From positions 1-40,116 of IMG/VR virus record IMGVR_UViG_3300045988_114451: a stretch of 40,116 bases of DNA. One strand, written 5' to 3'. The position numbers and the translations under genes are program-made. Every line of letters starts with the position of its first letter. Positions within the stretch are counted from its first letter, which is position 1. The notes beneath the pieces are model-generated. The model was not told the DNA's origin. It was given only the letters and a program-made list of their open reading frames with translations, and did no database searches. Below are positions 6,549 through 14,355 of this stretch, piece after piece. This stretch comes from a virus.

Positions 6549-7250
6549 TTATCTATGCATTATTATATCGTACACCGCCTGAAGGTTGCGCCTTATAAGC
6601 ATATCAAGGCACAACGCCTTCGCCCGCGTGGTCTCGTCGAACGCCGCCCAGCCGTTCCACATGTCCGGTTTCGCGGGTTTCCTCGCGTCATCCAGCGCGT
6701 CAAGCATTATGTTCCGTTCCTCGGGTTTCGTGTCCGCGAGCCGCAGTCCCCTGTCACGCAGGAAGTCATATACACGCGCAAGATTGCAGGGTATGCCCTC
6801 GCAGTGCCCGCCACTGTTCACCTGCCCGTAATACCGCGACAACAATGTCCAGATGCTTTCCGCGTTCTTTTTCGCAATCGTGCCGTCGAAGTCAACGCGC
6901 ATATTCCGGTGCTCCCTGTCCCACTTCCGCTTTTCAGCCGCACGCTCGTCCGAGAGCAGGTATATCTGCAGCCACTTGAGCACATTCTTGACGGTTATGG
7001 AGAAATTGTCCCCATAACTGCCCTTTGTCCCCTCGTCCATCACATACTCCACCTCCTTAACAGTCAATGCCCCATACTTTGCATATAGGCTGTCACATAT
7101 CTTCATTATAGTGCGGTCATGTCCCTTGTCCTCGTCACCACCGTAGTTCGTGACGGCTTCTGACGCACATTTAGTCAGTGCGTCCGTCAACTTGTCTCGT
7201 GAGGTTGCTGCTATCGTCCGCGCATCCTCCAATGCCTCGCGTATCGTCAT
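6549..7250 (-). CDS. Hypothetical protein.
   Basis: A 233-aa ORF with ordinary composition, tightly packed with the next gene. Confidence 0.7.
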   Translation of the reverse strand: MTIREALEDARTIAATSRDKLTDALTKCASEAVTNYGGDEDKGHDRTIMKICDSLYAKYGALTVKEVEYVMDEGTKGSYGDNFSITVKNVLKWLQIYLLSDERAAEKRKWDREHRNMRVDFDGTIAKKNAESIWTLLSRYYGQVNSGGHCEGIPCNLARVYDFLRDRGLRLADTKPEERNIMLDALDDARKPAKPDMWNGWAAFDETTRAKALCLDMLIRRNLQAVYDIIMHR

Positions 7251-7252
7251 AG

Positions 7253-7675
7253 TTATTCAAGCTTGAAGTCGTTTGCAAGTTCAGACAGCCCTATCAGGCG
7301 CAAGATGTGCTGCAACTCGTGGACATACCGCACACGGAAGTCGCGTATCTTACCGCAGGCACTCAGCGCAAACAGACGCGCCATACCCTCAAAGCACAAG
7401 TCCATATTTTCGATGCTTACGAGTACTTTACTCTCTTTATTGAAAGTCCATTTATTCCTCTCCTGCGTGAAGCCGTTGGCAAGCAGCATCTCCTGTCTCA
7501 ACTCCACGGGCCGCGCGGTGCCGTCCCTGAAGTCGCGGTCCTGATACTCCCACACATCGCCCTCGTTGCCCTCAAAATCGGCATAGACATAATAGGTGCC
7601 CACCGCCGTAACATACATCGGGAAGGCGTGCTCGTCCTGCAGCCAGTCCCCAATCATAAAATCTCTTGCTTTCAT
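7253..7675 (-). CDS. Hypothetical protein.
   Basis: A 140-aa ORF in the same operon context. Confidence 0.65.
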   Translation of the reverse strand: MKARDFMIGDWLQDEHAFPMYVTAVGTYYVYADFEGNEGDVWEYQDRDFRDGTARPVELRQEMLLANGFTQERNKWTFNKESKVLVSIENMDLCFEGMARLFALSACGKIRDFRVRYVHELQHILRLIGLSELANDFKLE

Positions 7676-7689
7676 ATCTTTAGATTATT

Positions 7690-8676
7690 TTAAAATGGAA
7701 AATCGTTTTCTTCCTTGTATCTTTCATATTCGGCCTTCTTGCGTTCCTCCTCCGCAATCCGGAGCCGTTCCCTGCGCTCCCATTCGGCTTTCTTGCGCTC
7801 ATAATCCTCGTGTTCCCTCTGTCGCCTTTCCTCCGCCTCCTGACGCCCTTTCTCCGCGTTCCGCTGCCGTTCCGCCTCCTGTGCCTTCCATTCGCGGGTC
7901 TTGCGCTCATCCTCGCGTTTCTCATAGTCCTTCTTCTGCTCGTAATAGGACTTTTCCGCGTCGGGGTGAATGTCCTGCCAACCCCGCGAGACGGCTCTGT
8001 CGATGAACGCGCGTGCACGCTCTATGTCCCCGCCAGACTCGCGTTTCAGCCTGTTTGCGAAAATTGAGAGCGACTTCTGACATTTGAGGGGCTTCCTGAT
8101 GTCAATCTTGTAGTCGAGCCAGTATGCAATCAGCTCCCTCCAGTCATCCTCGGGTATGGTATTGACGAAGTCATCCGCTAATTTCTTGAAATCAGCCTTC
8201 GGCTTTTTGGGGGACTCCCCCTTTAGGGGGATTATAGGGGGTAATATGTTTTTATCTGTGTTTATTATCTGTTGTTTATTATCTGTATCATATAATAATA
8301 TACATTGTCCGTTTTGGGACAATGGACTGTCCTGTTCGGGACAATGTGTTGTCCCATTTGGTAAAATGCACCTTCCCATTAGGTCGTCATTGACGGAATA
8401 CCACAGAGTGCGGTCGCGCTTGTCCTCGTTGTAGTTTCCTGTCTGTACCGCCCCTTGCTCTATAAGACTTTGAAGGATTCGGTATATCTGTTTGTTTGAC
8501 CAATACGGGAATAGCCCTGAAAACGCCTTGCGGCTATTGTAAGTCCATACGCGCCCGTCATAGATATGCTTGTTGTTCTCGTAGTTTTTCTGAAGCCAGT
8601 AAAGAATATTGGTCAATATTATAGCCTCATTGCAGCCATATTTTTGAGCGAGTTCAATATCGAAAAAATGATACAT
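7690..8676 (-). CDS. Replication organiser/initiator-like protein. It has an N-terminal winged HTH (RepA_N/DnaD-like), a long K/E/R-rich helical tail, and a C-terminal ...ENDFPF.
   Basis: NEAIILTNILYWLQ...WTYNSRKAFSGLFPYWSNKQIYRILQSLIEQGAV fits the pattern. The MYHFFDIE start at 8676 is preferred because a hairpin plus U-run occupies 8681..8733. Confidence 0.55.
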   Translation of the reverse strand: MYHFFDIELAQKYGCNEAIILTNILYWLQKNYENNKHIYDGRVWTYNSRKAFSGLFPYWSNKQIYRILQSLIEQGAVQTGNYNEDKRDRTLWYSVNDDLMGRCILPNGTTHCPEQDSPLSQNGQCILLYDTDNKQQIINTDKNILPPIIPLKGESPKKPKADFKKLADDFVNTIPEDDWRELIAYWLDYKIDIRKPLKCQKSLSIFANRLKRESGGDIERARAFIDRAVSRGWQDIHPDAEKSYYEQKKDYEKREDERKTREWKAQEAERQRNAEKGRQEAEERRQREHEDYERKKAEWERRERLRIAEEERKKAEYERYKEENDFPF

Positions 8677-8680
8677 AAGC

Positions 8681-8733
8681 AAAATAAAAAAAAGTAATTG
8701 TCCGGTGTAAGGTCGCTCTCTTACACCAGACAA
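8681..8733 (-). terminator. Hairpin plus U-run immediately upstream of the replication-organiser start (terminator or attenuator).
   Basis: ttgtccggtgtaag (8698..8711) pairs with cttacaccagacaa (8720..8733). The minus strand follows with TTACTTTTTTTTATTTT. Confidence 0.6.
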
Positions 8734-8788
8734 TCACATATAGGTTTTACAAACCTTATATTTCCCACGCAGGAGCGACACTGCATTG

Positions 8789-8821
8789 CAAATATACAAA
8801 AAATCTTTATCCCAGCTCAAA
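8789..8821 (-). promoter_or_regulatory. Promoter-like element: TTTG, 21 nt, TATATTTG.
   Basis: comp(8789..8796) is TATATTTG and comp(8818..8821) is TTTG. Confidence 0.4.
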
Positions 8822-9002
8822 AAAATCCACATTCTTCAAGACTGTCACCAAATTCCACGAACTTACGGACAGCATCGCGGGCAGCCGCGTGAATAAGTCC
8901 CAGCGCACTGTCAAAGTCCGTATCAATGTTGATTACGCCCTCAACCTCCCCGCTCTCATCGCGTACCCTCAACTGCATTGTCTCCGGCGCGATACCATAC
9001 AC
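8817..9002 (-). CDS. Hypothetical small protein.
   Basis: A 61-aa ORF. Weak support only. Confidence 0.4.
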   Translation of the reverse strand: MYGIAPETMQLRVRDESGEVEGVINIDTDFDSALGLIHAAARDAVRKFVEFGDSLEECGFF

Positions 9003-9135
9003 CGCCTTAATCGTGTTCCATTCCCTATTAGTTATAATTTTTGATTTTAAGCCGTTAAAATTTCAAAGTAATATAAGTTATCGTCCCACGCAAGAAAGTC
9101 GCTCTAAAGTCACGGAAATAGCCAAAGAATGAAAA

Positions 9136-9570
9136 TTATACAAACTTGTCGTTCCGCGCAATCTCAACTTCAACCCAATCAAGGAACTCTCCCTCGTCAG
9201 GCTCCGGCAGCACGAACTCCGCAACACGTGCGCACCACTCCTTCCACCTGTCCAGCGACAGCGACATCTCCTCCTTCGTCAGTTCGGACGAACTGCGCGT
9301 GTATTCCACCAATCCGCACAGCCTGTCCTCCCTCCTCCGGACATACAGCTCCGCATTCGCGGCACGCTTGTAATACATCTCCTTCACATAATCCGCCTCC
9401 AGTCCGAACTCGGACGCGAAGTAGCCTATAGTGAGATGCAGCCACGCATTCTGCGCTCTGCTCCGCCCCCTGCGCTCCGTCAACTCCACAATCCCGCCGA
9501 CAGAGATGCACTTCGCCACCTTTCGCTCGAAACGCACCCTGTCAATGGGATTATGAAGGTCAAAAAGCAT
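9136..9570 (-). CDS. NinB/Orf-like recombination mediator.
   Basis: RSRAQNAWLHLTIGYFASEFG and SSSELTKEEMSLSLDRWKEW resemble the lambda Orf blocks RSLDQNRKLWACL and STSRMRVGEFAELLE. It sits in a recombination module. Confidence 0.45.
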   Translation of the reverse strand: MLFDLHNPIDRVRFERKVAKCISVGGIVELTERRGRSRAQNAWLHLTIGYFASEFGLEADYVKEMYYKRAANAELYVRRREDRLCGLVEYTRSSSELTKEEMSLSLDRWKEWCARVAEFVLPEPDEGEFLDWVEVEIARNDKFV

Positions 9571-10109
9571 CAGCGCAGAGTTATATACTCTTTCTCAACG
9601 AACGCAACACCCTCAGGCATCTCCGCCTGCTCGTTGAGCACCTTGGACAATGCCGCCTTGTCAATCTTCGGAACGAGGGTGACATAGGACGGCAGCTTCA
9701 TCTCCGCAACACGCGCCTCTATGTCGTAAGGGGAGAGGAAGACATCCTCGTTTATGTCCAGCGAACGCCTGACGGAGCGCGTAATGCTTACACCGCCGTC
9801 CGCACCCTTCAGCCTGTTCCACTCGAACAGGCGCATCATCGTGAGGATGTGCTCCTTAATCCGCGTCTTGGCGTTTTCCGCCTGCTTCTTCTTCGCGGTC
9901 ATACGCTTTATCTCCTCGTCGCACCCATCTATGAAATTGTCATATTCGCGTATGATGCGGTTGTAACCCTCAACCTTTGCCGACATATCCTCCTTGTTGT
10001 CGGACAGAAGTGCCTCAATCTCGGGCGTCATCTCGCCGCCGCTCTCATAGAGCATATCTTCGAGCCGGCGTTCCTGTTCGCCCAGCTCATACAATGTCAT
10101 CTTTGCCAT
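9570..10109 (-). CDS. Siphovirus Gp157-like protein.
   Basis: The N-terminal MTLYELGEQERRLEDMLYE...EIEALL coiled-coil pattern and its position next to the annealase. Confidence 0.45.
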   Translation of the reverse strand: MAKMTLYELGEQERRLEDMLYESGGEMTPEIEALLSDNKEDMSAKVEGYNRIIREYDNFIDGCDEEIKRMTAKKKQAENAKTRIKEHILTMMRLFEWNRLKGADGGVSITRSVRRSLDINEDVFLSPYDIEARVAEMKLPSYVTLVPKIDKAALSKVLNEQAEMPEGVAFVEKEYITLR

Positions 10110-10110
10110 A

Positions 10111-10365
10111 TCAATAAAGTGTGTTTATAAATTGTTTCAAATCGGCATTCGCCCTCTTCCAGAAGGCAACTCCCTCGGGCGTGCCCTTCCAGTTGAACGC
10201 CTGCTCTATCGTGAACTCGCCCTCGTGTCCGTCACAGAACGACTGCACCAAGTCGTAGTCGTCAGGCTCATTGTAGCAGGCACAAAGATTGTCAAAATAG
10301 GCATTGTACCAATCCTGCCTGCGCAGCCATTTCGCAAGTTTCCTTGCCCTTGTCGTGTTGTCCAT
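10111..10365 (-). CDS. Hypothetical protein.
   Basis: An 84-aa ORF, tightly packed. Confidence 0.55.
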   Translation of the reverse strand: MDNTTRARKLAKWLRRQDWYNAYFDNLCACYNEPDDYDLVQSFCDGHEGEFTIEQAFNWKGTPEGVAFWKRANADLKQFINTLY

Positions 10366-10413
10366 TTCTTTTTCGATTCTTTTTCAATTCTTTTATTTTA
10401 TGCCATTCCTCAA

Positions 10414-11127
10414 TTACCTGTATTGATTAAGCACTTCTTTCTGTTCATCAGAGAGCATATAAGTCTGCTCCAGCTTGTAGATGAGGCTCTTTTCGCCCTT
10501 GTCCAGCCGCGCCATAGCCTTCTCGAAGGCGGCATCCGACAATGGTTTCTTTCCGTCCCCCGCCGTCGTCCGCGGCTGCGGCTTAGGCTTGCCGTCACCG
10601 AAACGGAAACGCTCGTTTCCATGCGCATCCACAATGACAAGACCGCTTATGTTCCGCCTGTCATCGTACTCGATGGACTTCACGCTGAAACCGCAATACG
10701 GGGACATCGCCGCCTTGCCCTGCGCATTCGTGTAATACTCCTTATCGTTCAGGGTAATCCAGATGCGCGGTGCGGAATACAGTTCACGCCCGATACCGAG
10801 ATTGAAGCAGGCTCGTTTGAACGAGTCGCTCGCCTGCCCCTTTTCCTTTTCCGTGTTGCTCTCCGTTCCCACATCCTGCTTGCTTATCCACTCACCCGTG
10901 TCGGGGTCTTTTACGGAGACGGTGCAGTAAAGACGGTCTCCGATGAGCTGGTGACTTCGCTGCCAGCAGAAGATACCGAAGGTCTCGTCCAGGATGTTCT
11001 GGTCAACCCTCGCGTCCTTGTAAAGCAGGATGCAGGCACTCACCGTGCCGTCCCGCCTTTGGGATACCTGTGCCGCGCGGCAATCAATGTCCTGCGGCTC
11101 CAAAAGTCTGAATTTGACTGTTTTCAT
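10414..11127 (-). CDS. Rad52/Sak-type single-strand annealing protein.
   Basis: KGQASDSFKRACFNLGIGRELY is the characteristic Rad52-family block. Confidence 0.7.
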   Translation of the reverse strand: MKTVKFRLLEPQDIDCRAAQVSQRRDGTVSACILLYKDARVDQNILDETFGIFCWQRSHQLIGDRLYCTVSVKDPDTGEWISKQDVGTESNTEKEKGQASDSFKRACFNLGIGRELYSAPRIWITLNDKEYYTNAQGKAAMSPYCGFSVKSIEYDDRRNISGLVIVDAHGNERFRFGDGKPKPQPRTTAGDGKKPLSDAAFEKAMARLDKGEKSLIYKLEQTYMLSDEQKEVLNQYR

Positions 11128-11147
11128 AATATAGATTGTTAATATGT

Positions 11148-11381
11148 TTACTGTTCCTCAATGCCAAGCAGGAAATCCGCGCTCACATCGAGCTTCTCGC
11201 AGCATCTCGCAAGCGCGTCGATGCTTATCTGCTTTGCCGTGCCATTGATGAGCCTGCGCACGCAGTTCTTGCTGCTCAATATAGGAGCCTTCGGGAACAT
11301 ATATTCAGCCAGCTCCGCAAGCGATACAGGCATTCCCATAGCCTGCCTTGCGCCCATAGCCTCTGAAATTCTTAATCTCAT
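11148..11381 (-). CDS. XRE/Cro-type HTH transcriptional regulator.
   Basis: SLAELAEYMF...RRLINGTAKQISIDALARCCEKLDVSADFLLG. The MRLRISEA start at 11381 lies about 30 nt downstream of the promoter's -7 box. Confidence 0.65.
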   Translation of the reverse strand: MRLRISEAMGARQAMGMPVSLAELAEYMFPKAPILSSKNCVRRLINGTAKQISIDALARCCEKLDVSADFLLGIEEQ

Positions 11382-11409
11382 AATGATTGTGTTTAGTTGT
11401 TTATGACTG

Positions 11410-11457
11410 CAAAGGTACAAACAATTTTAATAAAAGCAAATTATTTTTCACTTTTTT
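11410..11457 (-). promoter_or_regulatory. Early promoter copy b.
   Basis: The minus strand reads AAAAAAGTGAAAAATAATTTGCTTTTATTAAAATTGTTTGTACCTTTG, nearly identical to copies a and c. Confidence 0.65.
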
Positions 11458-11492
11458 ACAAAAAAAGCAGGAGTGTTTCGCAACAGTCCTGC
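11458..11492 (-). terminator. Rho-independent terminator closing the late/lysis transcription unit.
   Basis: The gcagga/tcctgc stem (11467..11472 with 11487..11492) is followed on the minus strand by TTTTTTTTG. Confidence 0.7.
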
Positions 11493-11562
11493 CTGAACTT
11501 AACAATCTAAATCATGTAGTAGATAAAAGAAACTTTTGTCGTCGCAAAGATAGCGAAAAAGG

Positions 11563-12066
11563 TCAGAATGTCAAAAAATTGTAAGATACCCCGACGCCGA
11601 TGTAGGGTGACAACAGCACCTGCCCGTCGTGCAGGGTCGCGCCATAGCCGACGTTCACGCCTATCCCCCACGGCCTGCGTTTCGTTCTTTCCGTAACGGT
11701 CTCCGTTATGGTTATAGTCTTCGGGTAAACCTCCATGTAGTCAAGTCTCGGCTCGTATCCGCTTATTATTGCCGTGTAGTTCGTGTCACGATAGGTTTTC
11801 TCCTCGCGGGGCAGGGAAACATACACCGTATCCCTCAAAACCTCCGTAACGGGGATTTTCAGCCTTATCGTGTCGGTCGTGCGTATGTATGTCGGGACGG
11901 GATTGTCCATGCGTATCGTGTCGTGCACGACGGTCGTGTCACGGATGACAACAGGCTCCGTGTCCGGATTGTGCCTTTCCGTGCATTGACGCACACCGAA
12001 AAGGGCGGCAAGTGCAAGCAGCGCACCCGCAAGCATAGAAAGCAGGCATTTAGTCATATTCTCCAT
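11563..12066 (-). CDS. Secreted or membrane-anchored beta-rich protein (possible outer-membrane or spanin-like lysis accessory).
   Basis: An N-terminal signal-like segment LLSMLAGALLALAALFG, and a C-terminal glycine/aromatic part WGIGVNVGYGA...YIGVGVSYNFLTF. Confidence 0.45.
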   Translation of the reverse strand: MENMTKCLLSMLAGALLALAALFGVRQCTERHNPDTEPVVIRDTTVVHDTIRMDNPVPTYIRTTDTIRLKIPVTEVLRDTVYVSLPREEKTYRDTNYTAIISGYEPRLDYMEVYPKTITITETVTERTKRRPWGIGVNVGYGATLHDGQVLLSPYIGVGVSYNFLTF

Positions 12067-12088
12067 AACAAAAGATTTGGATTTTTCA

Positions 12089-12847
12089 TTATACTACAAT
12101 TTGTAGTACATTACGATTTATCGGATTTTCTCGCCCAAGGTTATCTGCATACCCCCATATACAACCAGCTGACTGCTGTATCTTTCCTGTTATAGCTTTT
12201 ATTATATTACTTGGATGAGCTTTGGATATTTTGGCTGCGTCCCGAATACTTCTAAAAGTAGTATAAGTGCCATCTGAAATACTTATGCACCAAACAGGCC
12301 TTCTGATAGTATCGTGATAATGACAATTTTCCCCAATATAACTAAATGTAAATCCTTTGGCAGAACCTTTTCTGTTACGGCAGATTGTAGCTATCCAGCT
12401 CTTCTGAATGCCGGTTGAATTCGCTGCATCTGTTATACTCGGATATGTAGCTACAAAAGTTCCATCTAACATATATTGATTTACTGGCAGACTTATAGTT
12501 TTACGCCTCCTTATCATTGCTGTCCCATAATTTACATTATACTTTACGGTACACCACTCAAGATTTTTGACGTAATTATTACTTGGATTTTCATCTTTGT
12601 GATTGACAACTGTATAATTATCTGGATTAGATATAAATGCAGTTGCAACCAATCTATGCACCCATACCTTATGAGTCTTTCCTTTATGGGTTAAATGCAC
12701 AGAAACATAACCTCTATTATCTTTAAATAATAGAAGATTTTTTGTTTTACCAGTCTTTTTATAGTTCAAACTTCGAACTTCCCCAATATCACTAACTTCA
12801 TATTTGCCGCCCCAGCCGACAATTGGTTTCCAAGTAACATTCTGCAT
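12089..12847 (-). mobile_element. Free-standing HNH homing endonuclease with a NUMOD4-like N-terminus and NUMOD1/IENR-like DNA-binding repeats.
   Basis: WKPIVGWGGKYEVSDIGEVRS, then VHRLVATAFISNP...VNHKDENPSNNYVKNLEW, then two SI.DAA... helices. The segment is visibly more AT-rich than its flanks. Confidence 0.8.
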
Positions 12848-12854
12848 AATATTC

Positions 12855-13256
12855 CTATTTCATATCAGTAACACTACCTAAGTTATTTGCAAGTCGTTCT
12901 GTATAAAAGTCATAATACGAATACCTCTCTCTTATTTTTGGGATGCCATAGAGCGCAGCCCAGATGATTGACGGAAGCCCGATGATTATCAGGTACAGCC
13001 ACCCGAGATAGAGCGACTGCCTGCAATGCCCCAATTCGTGCTTCAATGTCTTGTCGGAGAAAAATTCGGGAAGGATGATGATGTTCCCCAAAGATATGCC
13101 GCCGCGCATCCTGTCCGACGATACCACAGCCACGCGATTGTATCTTCCGGTACGGTAGAACGATGTGCAGCCGCCATAATAAAAGGCAAGAATCTCACCG
13201 ATGATGTTCTGCGGCATCTGCCACAGCCAAAGGACTAACTGAATTATCTCTCTCAT
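12855..13256 (-). CDS. Membrane-associated HExxH metallopeptidase-like protein.
   Basis: HELGH motif plus hydrophobic segments. The MREIIQ start at 13256 is preferred because a terminator occupies 13281..13312. Confidence 0.5.
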   Translation of the reverse strand: MREIIQLVLWLWQMPQNIIGEILAFYYGGCTSFYRTGRYNRVAVVSSDRMRGGISLGNIIILPEFFSDKTLKHELGHCRQSLYLGWLYLIIIGLPSIIWAALYGIPKIRERYSYYDFYTERLANNLGSVTDMK

Positions 13257-13280
13257 AGCAAATTGATTTTCAGCAAAGAT

Positions 13281-13312
13281 AAGAAAAACTCCGGTACTTC
13301 GCAGCACCGGAG
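13281..13312 (-). terminator. Hairpin plus U-run.
   Basis: ctccggt (13289..13295) pairs with accggag (13306..13312). The minus strand follows with TTTTTCTT. Confidence 0.5.
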
Positions 13313-13461
13313 CGTCCATAACTAATAACCTATGACTATGGTAAAAATATTCAATGCAAAGATAGCAAAAAGTTCCGTATCTCACGACGCGGAACTCTCC
13401 CAACTTAATATCCAATTATGAAAACACAATCTTCCGCACTTTCAACGGCGGCGGAATGCCG

Positions 13462-13890
13462 CTATCTTACATCTATCGTTATCCTCCCCGAGCAGAGGGC
13501 GAGCCGACCATACAACTTCTTCAATGTCGCCAAGCTGTCCGTCAACATACCCCTGACGGTGTTCTTCCCGACAAGTATGCAGCCTTCTGTGTCCGCGGCC
13601 GTGTTGCCTCCGTGAATCAGGACGCCCTCAAACGACGGCACTCCCGACAGCCGAGGCAGGTAGCCCTTGCAGAAGTCGTACTGTTTCTTCTGACTGAAAC
13701 GCGGGGACTGGATGCGCAGGGTCACCTCGTATGTCCCCTCGGGTATCGCGGTCTTTCCGTACACCTTCGCCTCCCTCGTGAGGTCGCGCACCTTATCTTC
13801 CAACGTGTCGCAGAAATACTCCCCGTCAACATATAGCCTGCCAATCGTGTAATCCTCGCGCTTGGCAATCCTTTTCAGTTCAAGCCTCAT
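13462..13890 (-). CDS. DUF5675-like protein (name from memory), a candidate cell-wall hydrolase/endolysin.
   Basis: YTIGRLYVDGEYFCDTLED...IPEGTYEV...VLIHGGNTAADTEGCILVG. The His...Gly-Cys signature is reminiscent of the YkuD-type catalytic motif. Confidence 0.45.
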   Translation of the reverse strand: MRLELKRIAKREDYTIGRLYVDGEYFCDTLEDKVRDLTREAKVYGKTAIPEGTYEVTLRIQSPRFSQKKQYDFCKGYLPRLSGVPSFEGVLIHGGNTAADTEGCILVGKNTVRGMLTDSLATLKKLYGRLALCSGRITIDVR

Positions 13891-14344
13891 CGTGTTCTAT
13901 CATTTTGAGTTTCGCGTTCTCCTTGTATTCGTCAAGCAGTTCCTCCACCGTGTAGAAGTCAGCCCCGAAATTCATCTCGTCACAATGCTCCTTGAAGTAT
14001 GCCCTGCCGCGTCCGAGGGACGGACGGCGCAACACGCACCCCTGATGCACGCACATATAATAACCCTTTGTGGTGCACTCGCATCGCTTGTCGGCTAATT
14101 GTGTCTGCAGGTCGCCAATCTGGGCACGCAGTGTTGAGTTCTCCGATTTGAGGCTCGCAATCTCCGCGTCCTTTCCGTTGTCAATGTCCGTCATTGTGGT
14201 TATCGCATTGTTCAGTGCGGTTATTGCGGCATTGTCCGCGTCCGCGCCCGCTTTCCTGCGCGAGAATTTGAGGGTAAAGAGAGCGGTCAGTCCACCGCCC
14301 CCTATAAATCCCCCAAGTATTGAAATAATCTGTATCCAATCCAT
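13880..14344 (-). CDS. N-terminally membrane-anchored coiled-coil protein (holin or spanin candidate).
   Basis: A TM segment IQIISILGGFIGGGGLTALFTL followed by heptad-like LKSENSTLRAQIGDLQTQL. Confidence 0.4.
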   Translation of the reverse strand: MDWIQIISILGGFIGGGGLTALFTLKFSRRKAGADADNAAITALNNAITTMTDIDNGKDAEIASLKSENSTLRAQIGDLQTQLADKRCECTTKGYYMCVHQGCVLRRPSLGRGRAYFKEHCDEMNFGADFYTVEELLDEYKENAKLKMIEHDEA

Positions 14345-14355
14345 AGCAATTCCTC

